Shown in pieces: positions 1-11,238 of a DNA stretch of 64,000 nt (positions within the stretch are counted from its first letter, which is position 1; each line of letters opens with the position of its first letter). This DNA is from Escherichia phage AV117. The position numbers were made by a program, and so were the translations under genes. The notes under the pieces were generated by a model. That model saw only the letters and a program-made list of their open reading frames with translations. It was not told the origin of the DNA and made no database searches. The stretch lies in sequence record OR352947.1; one strand, written 5' to 3'.

Positions 1-489
1 AGCTTCAAGTTCACTTAGTAAACCACTTCTTTGGCATCCACGGTCTTGAGTACCCTGTTCAGATAAAAAGGCGACGATGTATTTTTCATCGTCATACGGT
101 TTAGGCAGTTGAGCAAATGTTCCTTTACTTCCAAAAGGAGAGTTATGACGCCACATCACACCGTGAGGAGTTTCAACCTTCGTATATTCATGTGGGCCAT
201 TTTTCTTAGTTTCTTGATGTGGAACTTCGTAGACCTTAGTGTTAGGACATTCAATAAAATGCTCATCTAAATCGGTCGAGAATATTAAAGTAAAACAATG
301 CCTGAATTTACCAACACCTGCCTGATAAATTTTACCTTCAGAAGTTCTAATTTCACAAACCGAGCCGGCATCAGTAACTTCTAAAACTTCAAAAGGCTCG
401 ATAAGGTCATATGAGAACATGTTTTTAAGGCGTGGAGTAATATCCCCATTTTTAAAATTCATTTTATAAAAAGTATTAACTTTAAACAT
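1..489 (-). CDS. hypothetical protein, 3' end outside window (T4 gene 30.x-like region)
   Basis: Manual translation of minus strand from ATG at 489 (MFKVNTFYKMNFKNGDITPRL...) runs to window edge; GAGGAA RBS-like motif upstream. Confidence 0.5.
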   Translation of the reverse strand, partial: MFKVNTFYKMNFKNGDITPRLKNMFSYDLIEPFEVLEVTDAGSVCEIRTSEGKIYQAGVGKFRHCFTLIFSTDLDEHFIECPNTKVYEVPHQETKKNGPHEYTKVETPHGVMWRHNSPFGSKGTFAQLPKPYDDEKYIVAFLSEQGTQDRGCQRSGLLSELEA

Positions 490-501
490 AATTTCCTCAG
501 T

Positions 502-517
502 GGGAGCCGAAGCTCCC
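502..517 (-). terminator. UUCG-tetraloop hairpin (GGGAGC-UUCG-GCUCCC) between two minus-strand genes
   Basis: Perfect 6-bp GC-rich stem with UUCG loop on minus-strand RNA. Confidence 0.5.
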
Positions 518-524
518 AGTTAAA

Positions 525-890
525 TTAGATATCAAATTCGTTAAGAACTACATCAAAGATTGCTTCGAGATGTTCAGGTTTAGCTCGGTTACTCAGGATA
601 TGACGAATCCAAGTTTTAACCAGAAGTTTACGATTAACACCGTTCCAGCAAGGATGAGTACCTAAATCACGTTGACGGAAATCGTCATCTAATGCAATTT
701 TGAAGTTGGAACCTTCCATCGTGATTGAAACCGTGATACCATTTTCAAATCGCATATAAACGTAATTAGGAGTCATATACTGCTCAATTTCACATACTGA
801 ACCGTTATTATGCTTCCATAAGCAAATCGTATCAATAGAACCAGCAATACCGTTAGAAACATATTTACGTTCGAAGTTGATGTAGTTCAT
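525..890 (-). CDS. hypothetical protein (121 aa)
   Basis: ORF track; tightly packed in minus-strand early gene array. Confidence 0.6.
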   Translation of the reverse strand: MNYINFERKYVSNGIAGSIDTICLWKHNNGSVCEIEQYMTPNYVYMRFENGITVSITMEGSNFKIALDDDFRQRDLGTHPCWNGVNRKLLVKTWIRHILSNRAKPEHLEAIFDVVLNEFDI

Positions 891-964
891 TTTATTCTCC
901 AGATGTTTAAGTTGTTTGTTGGTACAGGACTATAATAACAAAACCTGTACCAAAGTAAACTGTT

Positions 965-1333
965 TTATGCAACTTTAATCCAATTGTCTAAATTTAAAAC
1001 ACCTTTGGCTTTCATTTTTTCGATCAGGTTATCTGCTGTAATGCGTCCATTTTGATACCATGTAACATCTTCAGAGTAACCAGTTTCTTCGTCAACATAT
1101 GTTTCTGAACGAATTTTACCGGTAATAATAGTTTTTAATTCGTATGTGTCACCTGTGAAAAAGTTTGCTAACACAATTTTCCAAGAGAAATCATCTGAAG
1201 GACCTTCAGGGGTCATACAACCTACGAACTCAAATTGCTCTTTGTATAACATCCACTGGAATTCTTTAATTTCGATAGCTTTATAACCGTCGTGGTCTTT
1301 ACATTTGATGTATGAGTTCAGATTGATTTTCAT
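965..1333 (-). CDS. hypothetical protein (122 aa)
   Basis: ORF track; promoter-like element upstream. Confidence 0.6.
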   Translation of the reverse strand: MKINLNSYIKCKDHDGYKAIEIKEFQWMLYKEQFEFVGCMTPEGPSDDFSWKIVLANFFTGDTYELKTIITGKIRSETYVDEETGYSEDVTWYQNGRITADNLIEKMKAKGVLNLDNWIKVA

Positions 1334-1374
1334 TTTATTCTCCGATTGTTTTATTGATTAGGTGGTACAAGTCT

Positions 1375-1403
1375 ATAGTAACACATCCTACAGGAGAGTA
1401 AAC
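1375..1403 (-). promoter_or_regulatory. T4 early-type promoter-like element (-35 GTTTAC, -10 TACTAT), approximate
   Basis: gtaaac on + strand at 1398-1403 with A/T hexamer about 17 nt away, directly upstream of minus-strand gene. Confidence 0.4.
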
Positions 1404-1442
1404 ATCTTTTTTTTAAACTTTTTCTGCCCTAAACGCACAAAA

Positions 1443-1460
1443 GGGAGACCGAAGTCTCCC
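1443..1460 (-). terminator. UUCG-tetraloop hairpin (GGGAGAC-UUCG-GUCUCCC)
   Basis: Perfect 7-bp stem with UUCG loop immediately after stop of small ORF 1469..1645. Confidence 0.6.
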
Positions 1461-1468
1461 TAAAATTA

Positions 1469-1645
1469 TGCAACAACCTTTCCAAAACGAGAAGCATCAT
1501 CTCGAAGAACTGCACGTGCTCTGCGCATGATCTTCTCAACTGTTTGATTAATACGAGAGTTCGACCCACGCTTGTATCCAGCGCGTTTAGAGGTACCATC
1601 AACTTTCTTTTCAACTGCTTTCTTTGCTTTAGCTTGTTTTGCCAT
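1469..1645 (-). CDS. small basic protein, 58 aa (MAKQAKAKKAVEKKVDGTSKRAGYKRGSN...), below ORF-track size cut-off
   Basis: Manual translation; stop abuts UUCG hairpin; coordinates hand-counted. Confidence 0.4.
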
Positions 1646-1808
1646 TATAAATTCTCTTTAAATGAAAATGCAGGACTTATTGACATTGCCTGCGCAAGCC
1701 CTCAAGGGGAACATAGGTTTTGGATATTTAACGACAGGATAACCATAAACCCGTCATCATACCTACCATGACTTACACAGCTAACATTTTGCTGACGCAT
1801 GATAGTAA

Positions 1809-2057
1809 TTATTTCAAAGTAATAACAAAATGACGAACTGCTTTACGTGCTGCAGAAGCCAGAGGCTTAGCATATTTCAATTCATCTTTAGCTTCCAGTT
1901 CAGAAGCCAGAGTAGCCTGAGCAGGATTCAGATGTTTGAAATATCGCAGGATTTCCAGTGCTTCGGCTTCAACATCAATAGATGCGCCGTAATTGTCATG
2001 GCCATTATTCCATGCATGGCGTTGCAGTTCAAGAGCGTGTTGTAATTGTTTAGTCAT
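1809..2057 (-). CDS. rIII: rIII lysis-inhibition accessory protein
   Basis: 82 aa, position next to gene 31, sequence matches recalled T4 rIII. Confidence 0.8.
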   Translation of the reverse strand: MTKQLQHALELQRHAWNNGHDNYGASIDVEAEALEILRYFKHLNPAQATLASELEAKDELKYAKPLASAARKAVRHFVITLK

Positions 2058-2173
2058 TTTAAATTCTCAATTCGAGATAATATTTAGTAGCCACGTTCGT
2101 CTGAATTTCACCTTCTTTCGACAAGTCTCTCAGTTGTAGGCTACCGCTTAGAAGAGTGTTCTCTTCATATAGT

Positions 2174-2181
2174 TATTTATA
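2174..2181 (-). promoter_or_regulatory. late promoter-like TATAAATA box upstream of rIII
   Basis: tatttata on + strand, about 115 nt upstream of rIII start on minus strand. Confidence 0.35.
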
Positions 2182-2514
2182 TCACTTATAAAGACACGGA
2201 ATAGCTTTATAGTGGCATGTTACGAATTTCTGTTTAATTTCTTTAGGTTGTTTAAGTCCCAAAGCCACAAATGGATGCGGAACATTTCGAATTTGTCCAA
2301 CTGGTAGTGGAGTCAAATCACCGACTTCAACAAAACCTTCAGGAACATCAGGACCTACAGAATGAACTACACATAGTTCAGGAACTTCACCTTGAACACG
2401 TTTACCAATCACAAGTCCTGATTCTGTAACTTCTTCATCACCTGCTTGTGCGGGTTCAGAAACCAGAATGACATATTCACCAACAGCACGAATTGGGAGT
2501 TGTACTTCAGACAT
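2182..2514 (-). CDS. 31: gp31 co-chaperonin (GroES-like) for capsid protein folding
   Basis: 110 aa; near-identical to recalled T4 gp31 (MSEVQ...[24 protein letters not shown]...). Confidence 0.9.
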   Translation of the reverse strand: MSEVQLPIRAVGEYVILVSEPAQAGDEEVTESGLVIGKRVQGEVPELCVVHSVGPDVPEGFVEVGDLTPLPVGQIRNVPHPFVALGLKQPKEIKQKFVTCHYKAIPCLYK

Positions 2515-2571
2515 CTTATTTCCTTGTTGTTTGACGATAGATTAATAATACCATACTATTCGTAAAGCATA

Positions 2572-2880
2572 TTACATAAGAAGCAAACGTTCTACCGGAG
2601 TGCCATCAACCGAAATTACTTTATCAAGGCGGAAAGAACGCCACTGACCTAACTTGGTATCGAATGCTCGAACTGATTCACGAGGTTCATAACGAACTTC
2701 TGTTGCTGGATTGTTATTTTCGTATTTGACTTCAAGTTCATCGCGCGAAGCAAACATAGTGCGTACCTCGCCGTTAGCCTTTTCAAATACAACACAATGA
2801 ACGCCTACAGACAGAATAGTTTTAATACGTTCACGAAGAACCATAGTTTCTTGTTCAGTTAAAATCATATTATTCACCAC
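2572..2880 (-). CDS. hypothetical protein (102 aa), T4 31.x-like position
   Basis: ORF track; synteny. Confidence 0.55.
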   Translation of the reverse strand: MVNNMILTEQETMVLRERIKTILSVGVHCVVFEKANGEVRTMFASRDELEVKYENNNPATEVRYEPRESVRAFDTKLGQWRSFRLDKVISVDGTPVERLLLM

Positions 2881-3451
2881 AAAAGTTTCGGATTTGTTCC
2901 CAATTCAGAGAACGAAGATTATTACGAGAGTACTGAATTACTTCAATACCAGCTTGTTTTAGAATGTCTGCCCAATTTTCAGGAGATCGGTCATATAATT
3001 CTGCATATACAACCTTTTTAATACCTGACTGTGTAATAGCTTTAGTGCAATCAGGACATGGAGAAAGTGTCGTATACAACGTAGCACCTTCAATAGAATT
3101 ACCTTTACGAGCTGCAAACAAAATTGCATTCAGTTCCGCATGGATTTCGTTATTAGCGGACCATGCACTATGAGCAGCCCGATGTTCTTTAGCCAAAACA
3201 AAATTATCGGCCCGTCCAAATGCTGTAGTGCCTTCTTTATGCCCAGCAACGATGACTGGGATTGGTTTATTCTTCAACCAACCATTTTCAGATGCATGTT
3301 CGCAACAGTTAACGCCACCTGCAGGTGAACCGTTATACCCAGTAGAAATAATGCGCCCATCTTTTTCAATGACTGCGCCAACTTTCCATGAACAACATTT
3401 TGATTCTTGAGAAATCAGATATGCAATCTGAAGGTATGTGCTAGCTTTCAT
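2870..3451 (-). CDS. cd: dCMP deaminase
   Basis: 193 aa; cytidine/dCMP deaminase zinc motifs (CAEH...PCPDC); T4 cd position. Confidence 0.9.
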   Translation of the reverse strand: MKASTYLQIAYLISQESKCCSWKVGAVIEKDGRIISTGYNGSPAGGVNCCEHASENGWLKNKPIPVIVAGHKEGTTAFGRADNFVLAKEHRAAHSAWSANNEIHAELNAILFAARKGNSIEGATLYTTLSPCPDCTKAITQSGIKKVVYAELYDRSPENWADILKQAGIEVIQYSRNNLRSLNWEQIRNFCGE

Positions 3452-4443
3452 TATTGAACCTTATTAATATAAGTTAACAGCTCTTTAGTTTGTTCCCAAC
3501 TGATGCACGCATCGGTAACGGAAACGCCATAGGACATATTATCAGAAATTTTTTGATTTCCTTCATGTAGGAATGATTCTATCATAATTCCTTTGACCAA
3601 ATCATTAGCTGCTAAATTTTTACCAATACCAATTTGATTGCTATAATGACCATCAGCGTTTGCATGGCTACAGTCAACCATTACATAATGATTCAGACCT
3701 ACTGCCCTTGCTTTGTTAGAAGCTTCTTGAATATCAGAAGAATGATAGTTCGGGCCGTTGGTCCCGCCACGCAATACGATATGCGTATTCTGATTACCTT
3801 CAGCTTCAACAATGCCTACAGTACCATCGACGTCCATACCCATATACCGATGAGGCCAGGCGGCACTATACATCGCGTCTGTAGCTACTTTAATAGAACC
3901 ATTGGTTGCGTTCTTGAAGCCTACGCACATCGGTAGACCTGAAGCAATTTCACGATGTGTCTGACTTTCAGTCGTACGGGCGCCAATAGCAACCCATGAG
4001 AAAATACCAGAAAGATACTTAATCGTGAATGGGTCTAATACTTCAGTTGCTAATGGAAGTCCCATACGTAGAAGTTTACGACACAATGTTCGTGCAACTA
4101 TAAGACCGTGGTTCATATCAAAACTTCCGTCAAGATATGGATCATTTACAAGACCTTTCCAACCTACGGTAGTTCGAGGCTTTTCAAAATAAACGCGCAT
4201 CACTAACAGAACATTAGGAAGACGAGTTTGAAGTTCAGCCAGACGTTTGCCGTATTCAACAGCAGCAATAGGGTCATGAATTGAACAAGGACCTACAACA
4301 ATAAGTTTGCGTGGGTCTTCACCGTTCATAATCGAATTAACTTGTTCGCGATGAGAAGCCACTTGTGATGCGTAAGCTTCCGACAAAGGAATAATCTCAG
4401 CCAGTTCTTTTGGAGAAATAAGTTTTCTGATGACAGGTAACAT
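3451..4443 (-). CDS. 3-deoxy-7-phosphoheptulonate (DAHP) synthase, class I AroG/AroF-like
   Basis: 330 aa; colinear similarity to E. coli AroG including VMRVYFEKPRTTVGWKGL, IGARTTESQ, GFKN, ILRGG, SHAN, ESxLxEGNQ motifs. Confidence 0.85.
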   Translation of the reverse strand: MLPVIRKLISPKELAEIIPLSEAYASQVASHREQVNSIMNGEDPRKLIVVGPCSIHDPIAAVEYGKRLAELQTRLPNVLLVMRVYFEKPRTTVGWKGLVNDPYLDGSFDMNHGLIVARTLCRKLLRMGLPLATEVLDPFTIKYLSGIFSWVAIGARTTESQTHREIASGLPMCVGFKNATNGSIKVATDAMYSAAWPHRYMGMDVDGTVGIVEAEGNQNTHIVLRGGTNGPNYHSSDIQEASNKARAVGLNHYVMVDCSHANADGHYSNQIGIGKNLAANDLVKGIMIESFLHEGNQKISDNMSYGVSVTDACISWEQTKELLTYINKVQ

Positions 4444-4563
4444 AACAATCCTTAGGAGATATAAACAGATTCTGATTCAACAATACCTTTAACCGGATTA
4501 GACAGGCTAAGTTAGTAGTGCTCAGATTTATGACCATTCTCGATAGTAATTAGATAACTCTCA

Positions 4564-4800
4564 TTATAGTGTTCCATATACTCGAGTTGCTTCAACGAGA
4601 CCATCACTGCCTAATTTAAGATTAGTAATTTGGTCACCATCTTTAGGATTAACGATTATGAGAAAAGAACGAGGAGATTCTTGAATAACTCGTAATGTTG
4701 CATCCTGGAAACGTTCAGACACTTTATTGATGAGTGTTTGAGCGAATTCTTTTACTTTAATCTGAAATTCGTGTACTGTAATTGGATTTTCACTTAGCAT
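4564..4800 (-). CDS. hypothetical protein (78 aa)
   Basis: ORF track; promoter-like element upstream. Confidence 0.5.
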   Translation of the reverse strand: MLSENPITVHEFQIKVKEFAQTLINKVSERFQDATLRVIQESPRSFLIIVNPKDGDQITNLKLGSDGLVEATRVYGTL

Positions 4801-4827
4801 TTCGATTTCCTCATTTTGGTAGAGTTA

Positions 4828-4857
4828 ATCATATCACAACTCTACTGTGTTGTAAAC
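4828..4857 (-). promoter_or_regulatory. early-type promoter-like element (-35 GTTTAC), approximate
   Basis: gtaaac at 4852-4857 on + strand upstream of minus-strand ORF; inverted repeat in spacer. Confidence 0.4.
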
Positions 4858-5133
4858 TTAAATTGCAAAACATTTAATTTCTTGTGAATCGAAATCAACT
4901 TCACATTGAATTACTAGATCAGCGTCAAGTCCAAACACAACAATCACATGAGCCGAACTTGGCAACAGTGTAACAGACACAGAATCCACTTGGTCTGGCA
5001 CCAGCGTATTCAAAACGTAGAGTAGTTCAGAGTGGATCTTAAGCTCGGTGGCCGTATCCGGCTTATCAAAGAAATGATTTGCGATAATCTGACTAAAAAC
5101 TACCTTTACAATTTCAGAATATTTAGGGAACAT
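4858..5133 (-). CDS. hypothetical protein (91 aa)
   Basis: ORF track. Confidence 0.5.
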   Translation of the reverse strand: MFPKYSEIVKVVFSQIIANHFFDKPDTATELKIHSELLYVLNTLVPDQVDSVSVTLLPSSAHVIVVFGLDADLVIQCEVDFDSQEIKCFAI

Positions 5134-5140
5134 AATTACC

Positions 5141-5365
5141 TCAGTGCACAGTATTTACTTTAACTCGAACAACAAATCGCTCGGTTGGTTCACCTACAGG
5201 AACAAACTCTACATGATATTCACCTTTGTAACGAGTATTCAGATCATTACGAATTCCTGCGAGTTTGTTGATTAATGTAGGACTCATATTAAGTCCCACT
5301 AGTTTACGAAGCATTTTGTATGCTTCATCTTCGATTTCATGATGTTTATCGTACATAGTTTTCAT
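5141..5365 (-). CDS. hypothetical protein (74 aa)
   Basis: ORF track. Confidence 0.5.
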   Translation of the reverse strand: MKTMYDKHHEIEDEAYKMLRKLVGLNMSPTLINKLAGIRNDLNTRYKGEYHVEFVPVGEPTERFVVRVKVNTVH

Positions 5366-5536
5366 TTAACCATTCAATTGCCTGGTCGACGTTATCAAAT
5401 ATACTGCCGTCCAACCATTCTTCATGTTCATAGTCCAGCACATCAATACCGAACCGTCCATTTACTAAAGGCCATACTACAAACAAATATTCTTTATGCT
5501 GTTCGATGGCCTCAATCACTTCATATAATCGTTTCA

Positions 5537-5537
<1 letters not shown>
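5346..5537 (-). CDS. hypothetical protein (63 aa)
   Basis: ORF track. Confidence 0.45.
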
Positions 5538-6623
<1,086 letters not shown>

Positions 6624-6624
<1 letters not shown>

Positions 6625-6923
6625 TATTTTATTCCTAAGAAAATTTCAAGAATACGAATGTTATGCTCGCGCCGGTCTTTATTAATTTCAGCAACGTTTT
6701 TATTAATTGACGTACTTCTAACGTTTGAAGAAATAAATTTAATCATATGACTTTTGAGTTGTTGCAAATCCAACCCTTTTTCTTTAGCAGCTTTACGAAG
6801 AGCTTTACCTGCTTCATCTAGTGCCTTTGCTGCATCTTTGTCATAATTGCCAAGTGACATTCCACGACAGATATCAATATACTCATCAGACCGTTTGATG
6901 TAATTCTCTAGTAATGTTTTCAT
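6624..6923 (-). CDS. hypothetical protein (99 aa)
   Basis: ORF track; promoter-like element upstream. Confidence 0.5.
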
Positions 6924-6951
6924 TTAGATTTCCTCAATTATCCATAGGAGC

Positions 6952-6981
6952 ATTATACTCTGCTCCTGAGAGTTTGTAAAC
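6952..6981 (-). promoter_or_regulatory. early-type promoter-like element (-35 GTTTAC, -10 TATAAT) with inverted repeat AGGAGCA/TGCTCCT bracketing -10
   Basis: gtaaac at 6976-6981; attata at 6952-6957; inverted repeat 6946-6967. Confidence 0.5.
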
Positions 6982-7205
6982 TATTTTACTAAAGATTCAA
7001 TATACTCGTGAAGAGCTTTAGTCGCTACTGCCCACTTATTCTGATATTCATTTTTCAGATTAGCACGAGACTGAACTAACAATCGGTCATTAGTCGGAGG
7101 CAAAGATTCTAATCGTTGAATCTGGCGCCCATAAATCATAGCCGCCATTTCAGATTCATAGATAAGCCCTTTAATGTATTCATGCTGTTCTTTAGTCATT
7201 GGCAT
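6981..7205 (-). CDS. hypothetical protein (74 aa)
   Basis: ORF track. Confidence 0.5.
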   Translation of the reverse strand: MPMTKEQHEYIKGLIYESEMAAMIYGRQIQRLESLPPTNDRLLVQSRANLKNEYQNKWAVATKALHEYIESLVK

Positions 7206-7486
7206 TTTTCCTCTTTTAAACCACTACGATAATAACATATCATAGTCTTCTGGTCATGTACATATCTTTTTACGTCGTTTAACCAGATACGAAATTCTTG
7301 AGAGTCTTCAAACGGCATTCCAACCCACGGATTACCATCAATAACCTTTACTTGCCATTTCTGGTTATATTCAACAATAGATTCAGGCCATGGCGGATGT
7401 AAAGTTTCTTTAGGGCTTAAGGGCACATCCTGGGCACATCCGGCCAAAATGCCAATAGATAATACAACTGCGGTTAATTTAATCAT
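7196..7486 (-). CDS. putative lipoprotein (96 aa; signal peptide with LAGC lipobox)
   Basis: N-terminus MIKLTAVVLSIGILAGCAQ. Confidence 0.55.
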   Translation of the reverse strand: MIKLTAVVLSIGILAGCAQDVPLSPKETLHPPWPESIVEYNQKWQVKVIDGNPWVGMPFEDSQEFRIWLNDVKRYVHDQKTMICYYRSGLKEEKCQ

Positions 7487-7839
7487 TCTGAGAGCTTCCT
7501 GAGGTCTTCTGCAAAGGAATCGAAGGACCTGTTGATTTGTTTTTCGACCAATCCTGGTTTACTTGCCACCACGTTCTTCTTCTTCGAATCCTTACGGAGC
7601 TTTTCATTTTCGGCCTTAAGTTGGTCAACTAAAACACGGTTCTTATAAGTCATTTCTTCGATTGACTGATATTGAACCTTGAAGTCGTCTAATACTTTAG
7701 CATTGTTTTTAGCGGTCTCTTTGACAGAAGCTAATTCAGTATTCAACGAATCAACTTTGTTGTTTAAGACAACTATTGTTGCCGTAGAAACTAGAGCAAA
7801 AGCTGTTACTATAGCATAAATCGGATTTACTTTAAGCAT
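7483..7839 (-). CDS. hypothetical membrane-anchored coiled-coil protein (118 aa)
   Basis: N-terminal hydrophobic segment followed by charged heptad-like region. Confidence 0.5.
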   Translation of the reverse strand: MLKVNPIYAIVTAFALVSTATIVVLNNKVDSLNTELASVKETAKNNAKVLDDFKVQYQSIEEMTYKNRVLVDQLKAENEKLRKDSKKKNVVASKPGLVEKQINRSFDSFAEDLRKLSE

Positions 7840-8327
7840 GTTTTAATAATCTCAATGATTTCATCTCGGGATAATCCATTGATAAGAACGGTTTTCGGAC
7901 CATCACACTGGATTTTGTACGATTCAAACAATACACACAACTCTTCTGCTGTATGATATGGACTTGAAATTCCGAGGCGGTTGAATTTGTCGGTAAGAGG
8001 GTCGCAAATAATGTAGAATTTTATACCTGAGATATGTACGTTTGGTTGACTAATATTAATGAACACATTAGCATCATATTTAGTCAAATTGTTTTGAAGA
8101 AATTCTACCATGGCATTAACTGCTTCTGGCATCGCTTCACGTTTCTCTTCGGTGTAACGTGTTGAATATTCCTTTTGCTTTAACTTCTTTTTAGCATTTT
8201 TCGCTAGAGTAGTACGAAGGTCCGTAAGATAACCAACGGCACGGCCTTTCTTAAAGACCCGGATTCCATCTGTAGAATCACCAAATGCTGCCACAACCAT
8301 ATCGTTAGTAATCAATTGCATATTCAT
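7827..8327 (-). CDS. alc: Alc, host transcription termination/unmodified-DNA transcription inhibitor
   Basis: Position between pseT.x and rnlA; start set to internal ATG (MNMQLI...) preceded by GAGGAG; ORF-track start at 8390 lacks RBS. Confidence 0.65.
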   Translation of the reverse strand: MNMQLITNDMVVAAFGDSTDGIRVFKKGRAVGYLTDLRTTLAKNAKKKLKQKEYSTRYTEEKREAMPEAVNAMVEFLQNNLTKYDANVFINISQPNVHISGIKFYIICDPLTDKFNRLGISSPYHTAEELCVLFESYKIQCDGPKTVLINGLSRDEIIEIIKTCLK

Positions 8328-8357
8328 AATTTTCTCCTCGTGATGTTGATAAAAGCC

Positions 8358-8387
8358 ATAGTAACACCTTCCTTGGTGTTTGTAAAC
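8358..8387 (-). promoter_or_regulatory. early-type promoter-like element (-35 GTTTAC) with CACC..GGTG inverted repeat in spacer
   Basis: gtaaac 8382-8387 between rnlA stop and alc start. Confidence 0.4.
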
Positions 8388-8389
8388 CA

Positions 8390-9523
<1,134 letters not shown>

Positions 9524-9540
9524 TCAGTTAGTTTTTTTAA

Positions 9541-9570
9541 ATTGTACCACAATCCTTGTGGCATGTAAAC
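9541..9570 (-). promoter_or_regulatory. early-type promoter-like element (-35 GTTTAC, -10 TACAAT) with CCACAA..TTGTGG inverted repeat
   Basis: gtaaac 9565-9570 upstream of rnlA. Confidence 0.4.
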
Positions 9571-9980
9571 TACTTTTTCTTATGTTGGATATTCCAAGGC
9601 GGGTTGAACTTTTTGATAAAAAGCGGTTCTTCAAGGTCCATTGTTGCGATGGTCATTGAACCAAGTTCATTGGTGACTGAAAGGTCAAAACATTGGCGGG
9701 CCCAGAATTCAACCTTTTTGCCTTGCATTAAGGCATCCAAAATCATAAGTGATTTTCTTGAATCTGAAGTCTGGTCTTTTCGATTTATGGCTGTTCGATA
9801 ATAGTTAATGCGTTTCTTTAAATTCTTGGTTTTACCAATATACACAAGCTCGTCATCTATAGCAATAGCGTATATGACATTTTTCTTATTAGGGACGTCA
9901 ACTGTTTTAATTGTTGCATCTTCTAATAGCTCCAATTCTGTATATTTAATAAAGGAATATTCGGCGGCAATATCTTTCAT
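9570..9980 (-). CDS. denA: endonuclease II (GIY-YIG-like nicking endonuclease for cytosine DNA)
   Basis: 136 aa; GIY-YIG-like segment (VIYAIAIDDELVYIGKTKNLKKRINYY); T4 position next to nrdB. Confidence 0.8.
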   Translation of the reverse strand: MKDIAAEYSFIKYTELELLEDATIKTVDVPNKKNVIYAIAIDDELVYIGKTKNLKKRINYYRTAINRKDQTSDSRKSLMILDALMQGKKVEFWARQCFDLSVTNELGSMTIATMDLEEPLFIKKFNPPWNIQHKKK

Positions 9981-9988
9981 AATAAAGT

Positions 9989-10002
9989 GGGACCGAAGTC
10001 CC
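9989..10002 (-). terminator. UUCG-tetraloop hairpin (GGGAC-UUCG-GUCCC) between nrdB and denA
   Basis: Perfect 5-bp stem with UUCG loop. Confidence 0.5.
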
Positions 10003-10006
10003 GTCC

Positions 10007-11185
10007 TTAGAAATATTTTTTGTATGAATTGATTACATTTTGGTCTACATCATTATCAATTTGTGCGACAAGATAAGAACTGATTTCAACTTCCTGAGGA
10101 GCTGATTGAACTAAATCAGAGTTCAGATATTCACGAATCCAAGGATACGGATGCTTGGTCGGAGCATCAGTGATTGGACATGGCAAACCGCACTGTTTCA
10201 TACGAGACACAGTCAAGTAATCAACAAAAGCACACATACTCTGCGTATTGATACCTGGACATGTACCATCTTTAAAGAGGTGTGCAGCCCATTCCTTCTC
10301 TTGTCTATTTACTTCCATAAAAATGTCAACTGCTTCTTGTTCACATTCTTTAGCAATTTGAACCCACTCATCACCATCAGTACCAGATTGAAGTTGACGG
10401 ATAATGTACTGAGTACCCTTAAGGTGGAGTTGTTCGTCACGAGCAATGAACTTCATAATCTTTGCATTACCTTCCATAATTTCCATATTTTTATGGAAGT
10501 TGAAAGTACATGCAAATGATACGTAAAAACGAATAGCTTCTAAGGCATTGATAACATGCAAACAGAGATAAAGAGACTTCATTAAATCACGCTTAGCAGC
10601 GGCTTCTTGCTTAATAGCACGTTCTAATTGAAGGTCTGCATTAATTGACGCTTTGGCTAGTTCCGTGAATTCTTTCTGGTTTTCCCAATGACGAGTCTTG
10701 ACTAGAACATCATCGTAATATTTACCTATTGATTCAGCTCGTTTCATGATTGCTTCGTCTAATACAATTTCATCAAATACCTTAGATGGGTCTGTATAAA
10801 GATTTCGCATAATATGTGTATACGAACGAGAGTGAATAGTTTCACTGAATGTCCATGTTGCAACCCACGTATCTAATGAAGGGTCAGAAATCAGTGCCAT
10901 AAGTACCGCAGATGGGGCCCTGCCTTGGATAGAATCTAATAATGATTGATACTTAAGATTGTTTGTAAAGATGTCCTGTTGGAACTGAGGAAGCTTATTG
11001 AACTGCGCAGAGTCCAACATCAAGTTTACCTCTTCTGGGCGCCAAAAAAATGATAATTGCTTTTCGGTCAAATCTTCAAAAACTTTATGGCGTTGAATAT
11101 CATAACGCGCAATACCAAGTCCAGAACCAAAGAACATCGGTTCATTCAAAACATCGACTTGTTGTGTGTTAAAAACTGTACTCAT
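10007..11185 (-). CDS. nrdB: ribonucleotide reductase small subunit (class Ia), uninterrupted
   Basis: 392 aa continuous ORF with di-iron/tyrosyl radical protein features; no intron-like interruption. Confidence 0.9.
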   Translation of the reverse strand: MSTVFNTQQVDVLNEPMFFGSGLGIARYDIQRHKVFEDLTEKQLSFFWRPEEVNLMLDSAQFNKLPQFQQDIFTNNLKYQSLLDSIQGRAPSAVLMALISDPSLDTWVATWTFSETIHSRSYTHIMRNLYTDPSKVFDEIVLDEAIMKRAESIGKYYDDVLVKTRHWENQKEFTELAKASINADLQLERAIKQEAAAKRDLMKSLYLCLHVINALEAIRFYVSFACTFNFHKNMEIMEGNAKIMKFIARDEQLHLKGTQYIIRQLQSGTDGDEWVQIAKECEQEAVDIFMEVNRQEKEWAAHLFKDGTCPGINTQSMCAFVDYLTVSRMKQCGLPCPITDAPTKHPYPWIREYLNSDLVQSAPQEVEISSYLVAQIDNDVDQNVINSYKKYF

Positions 11186-11238
11186 TATATTTTCTCACTT
11201 AGTTTAACTCATCCATGAGTAAATTATAATCAAAAGTC

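Noticed and set aside
1429-1614. 61-aa minus-strand ORF from the ORF track
   Set aside because: It runs through the UUCG hairpin at 1443-1460; an alternative frame gives a 58-aa basic protein (1469..1645) whose stop sits immediately before the hairpin
3634-3936. Plus-strand ORFs antisense to minus-strand genes (e.g. 3634..3936, 6215..6685, 8928..9452, 16723..17202, 39051..39473, 46275..46595)
   Set aside because: They lie entirely inside well-supported minus-strand genes, lack RBS motifs, and encode low-complexity or compositionally odd peptides; treated as shadow ORFs
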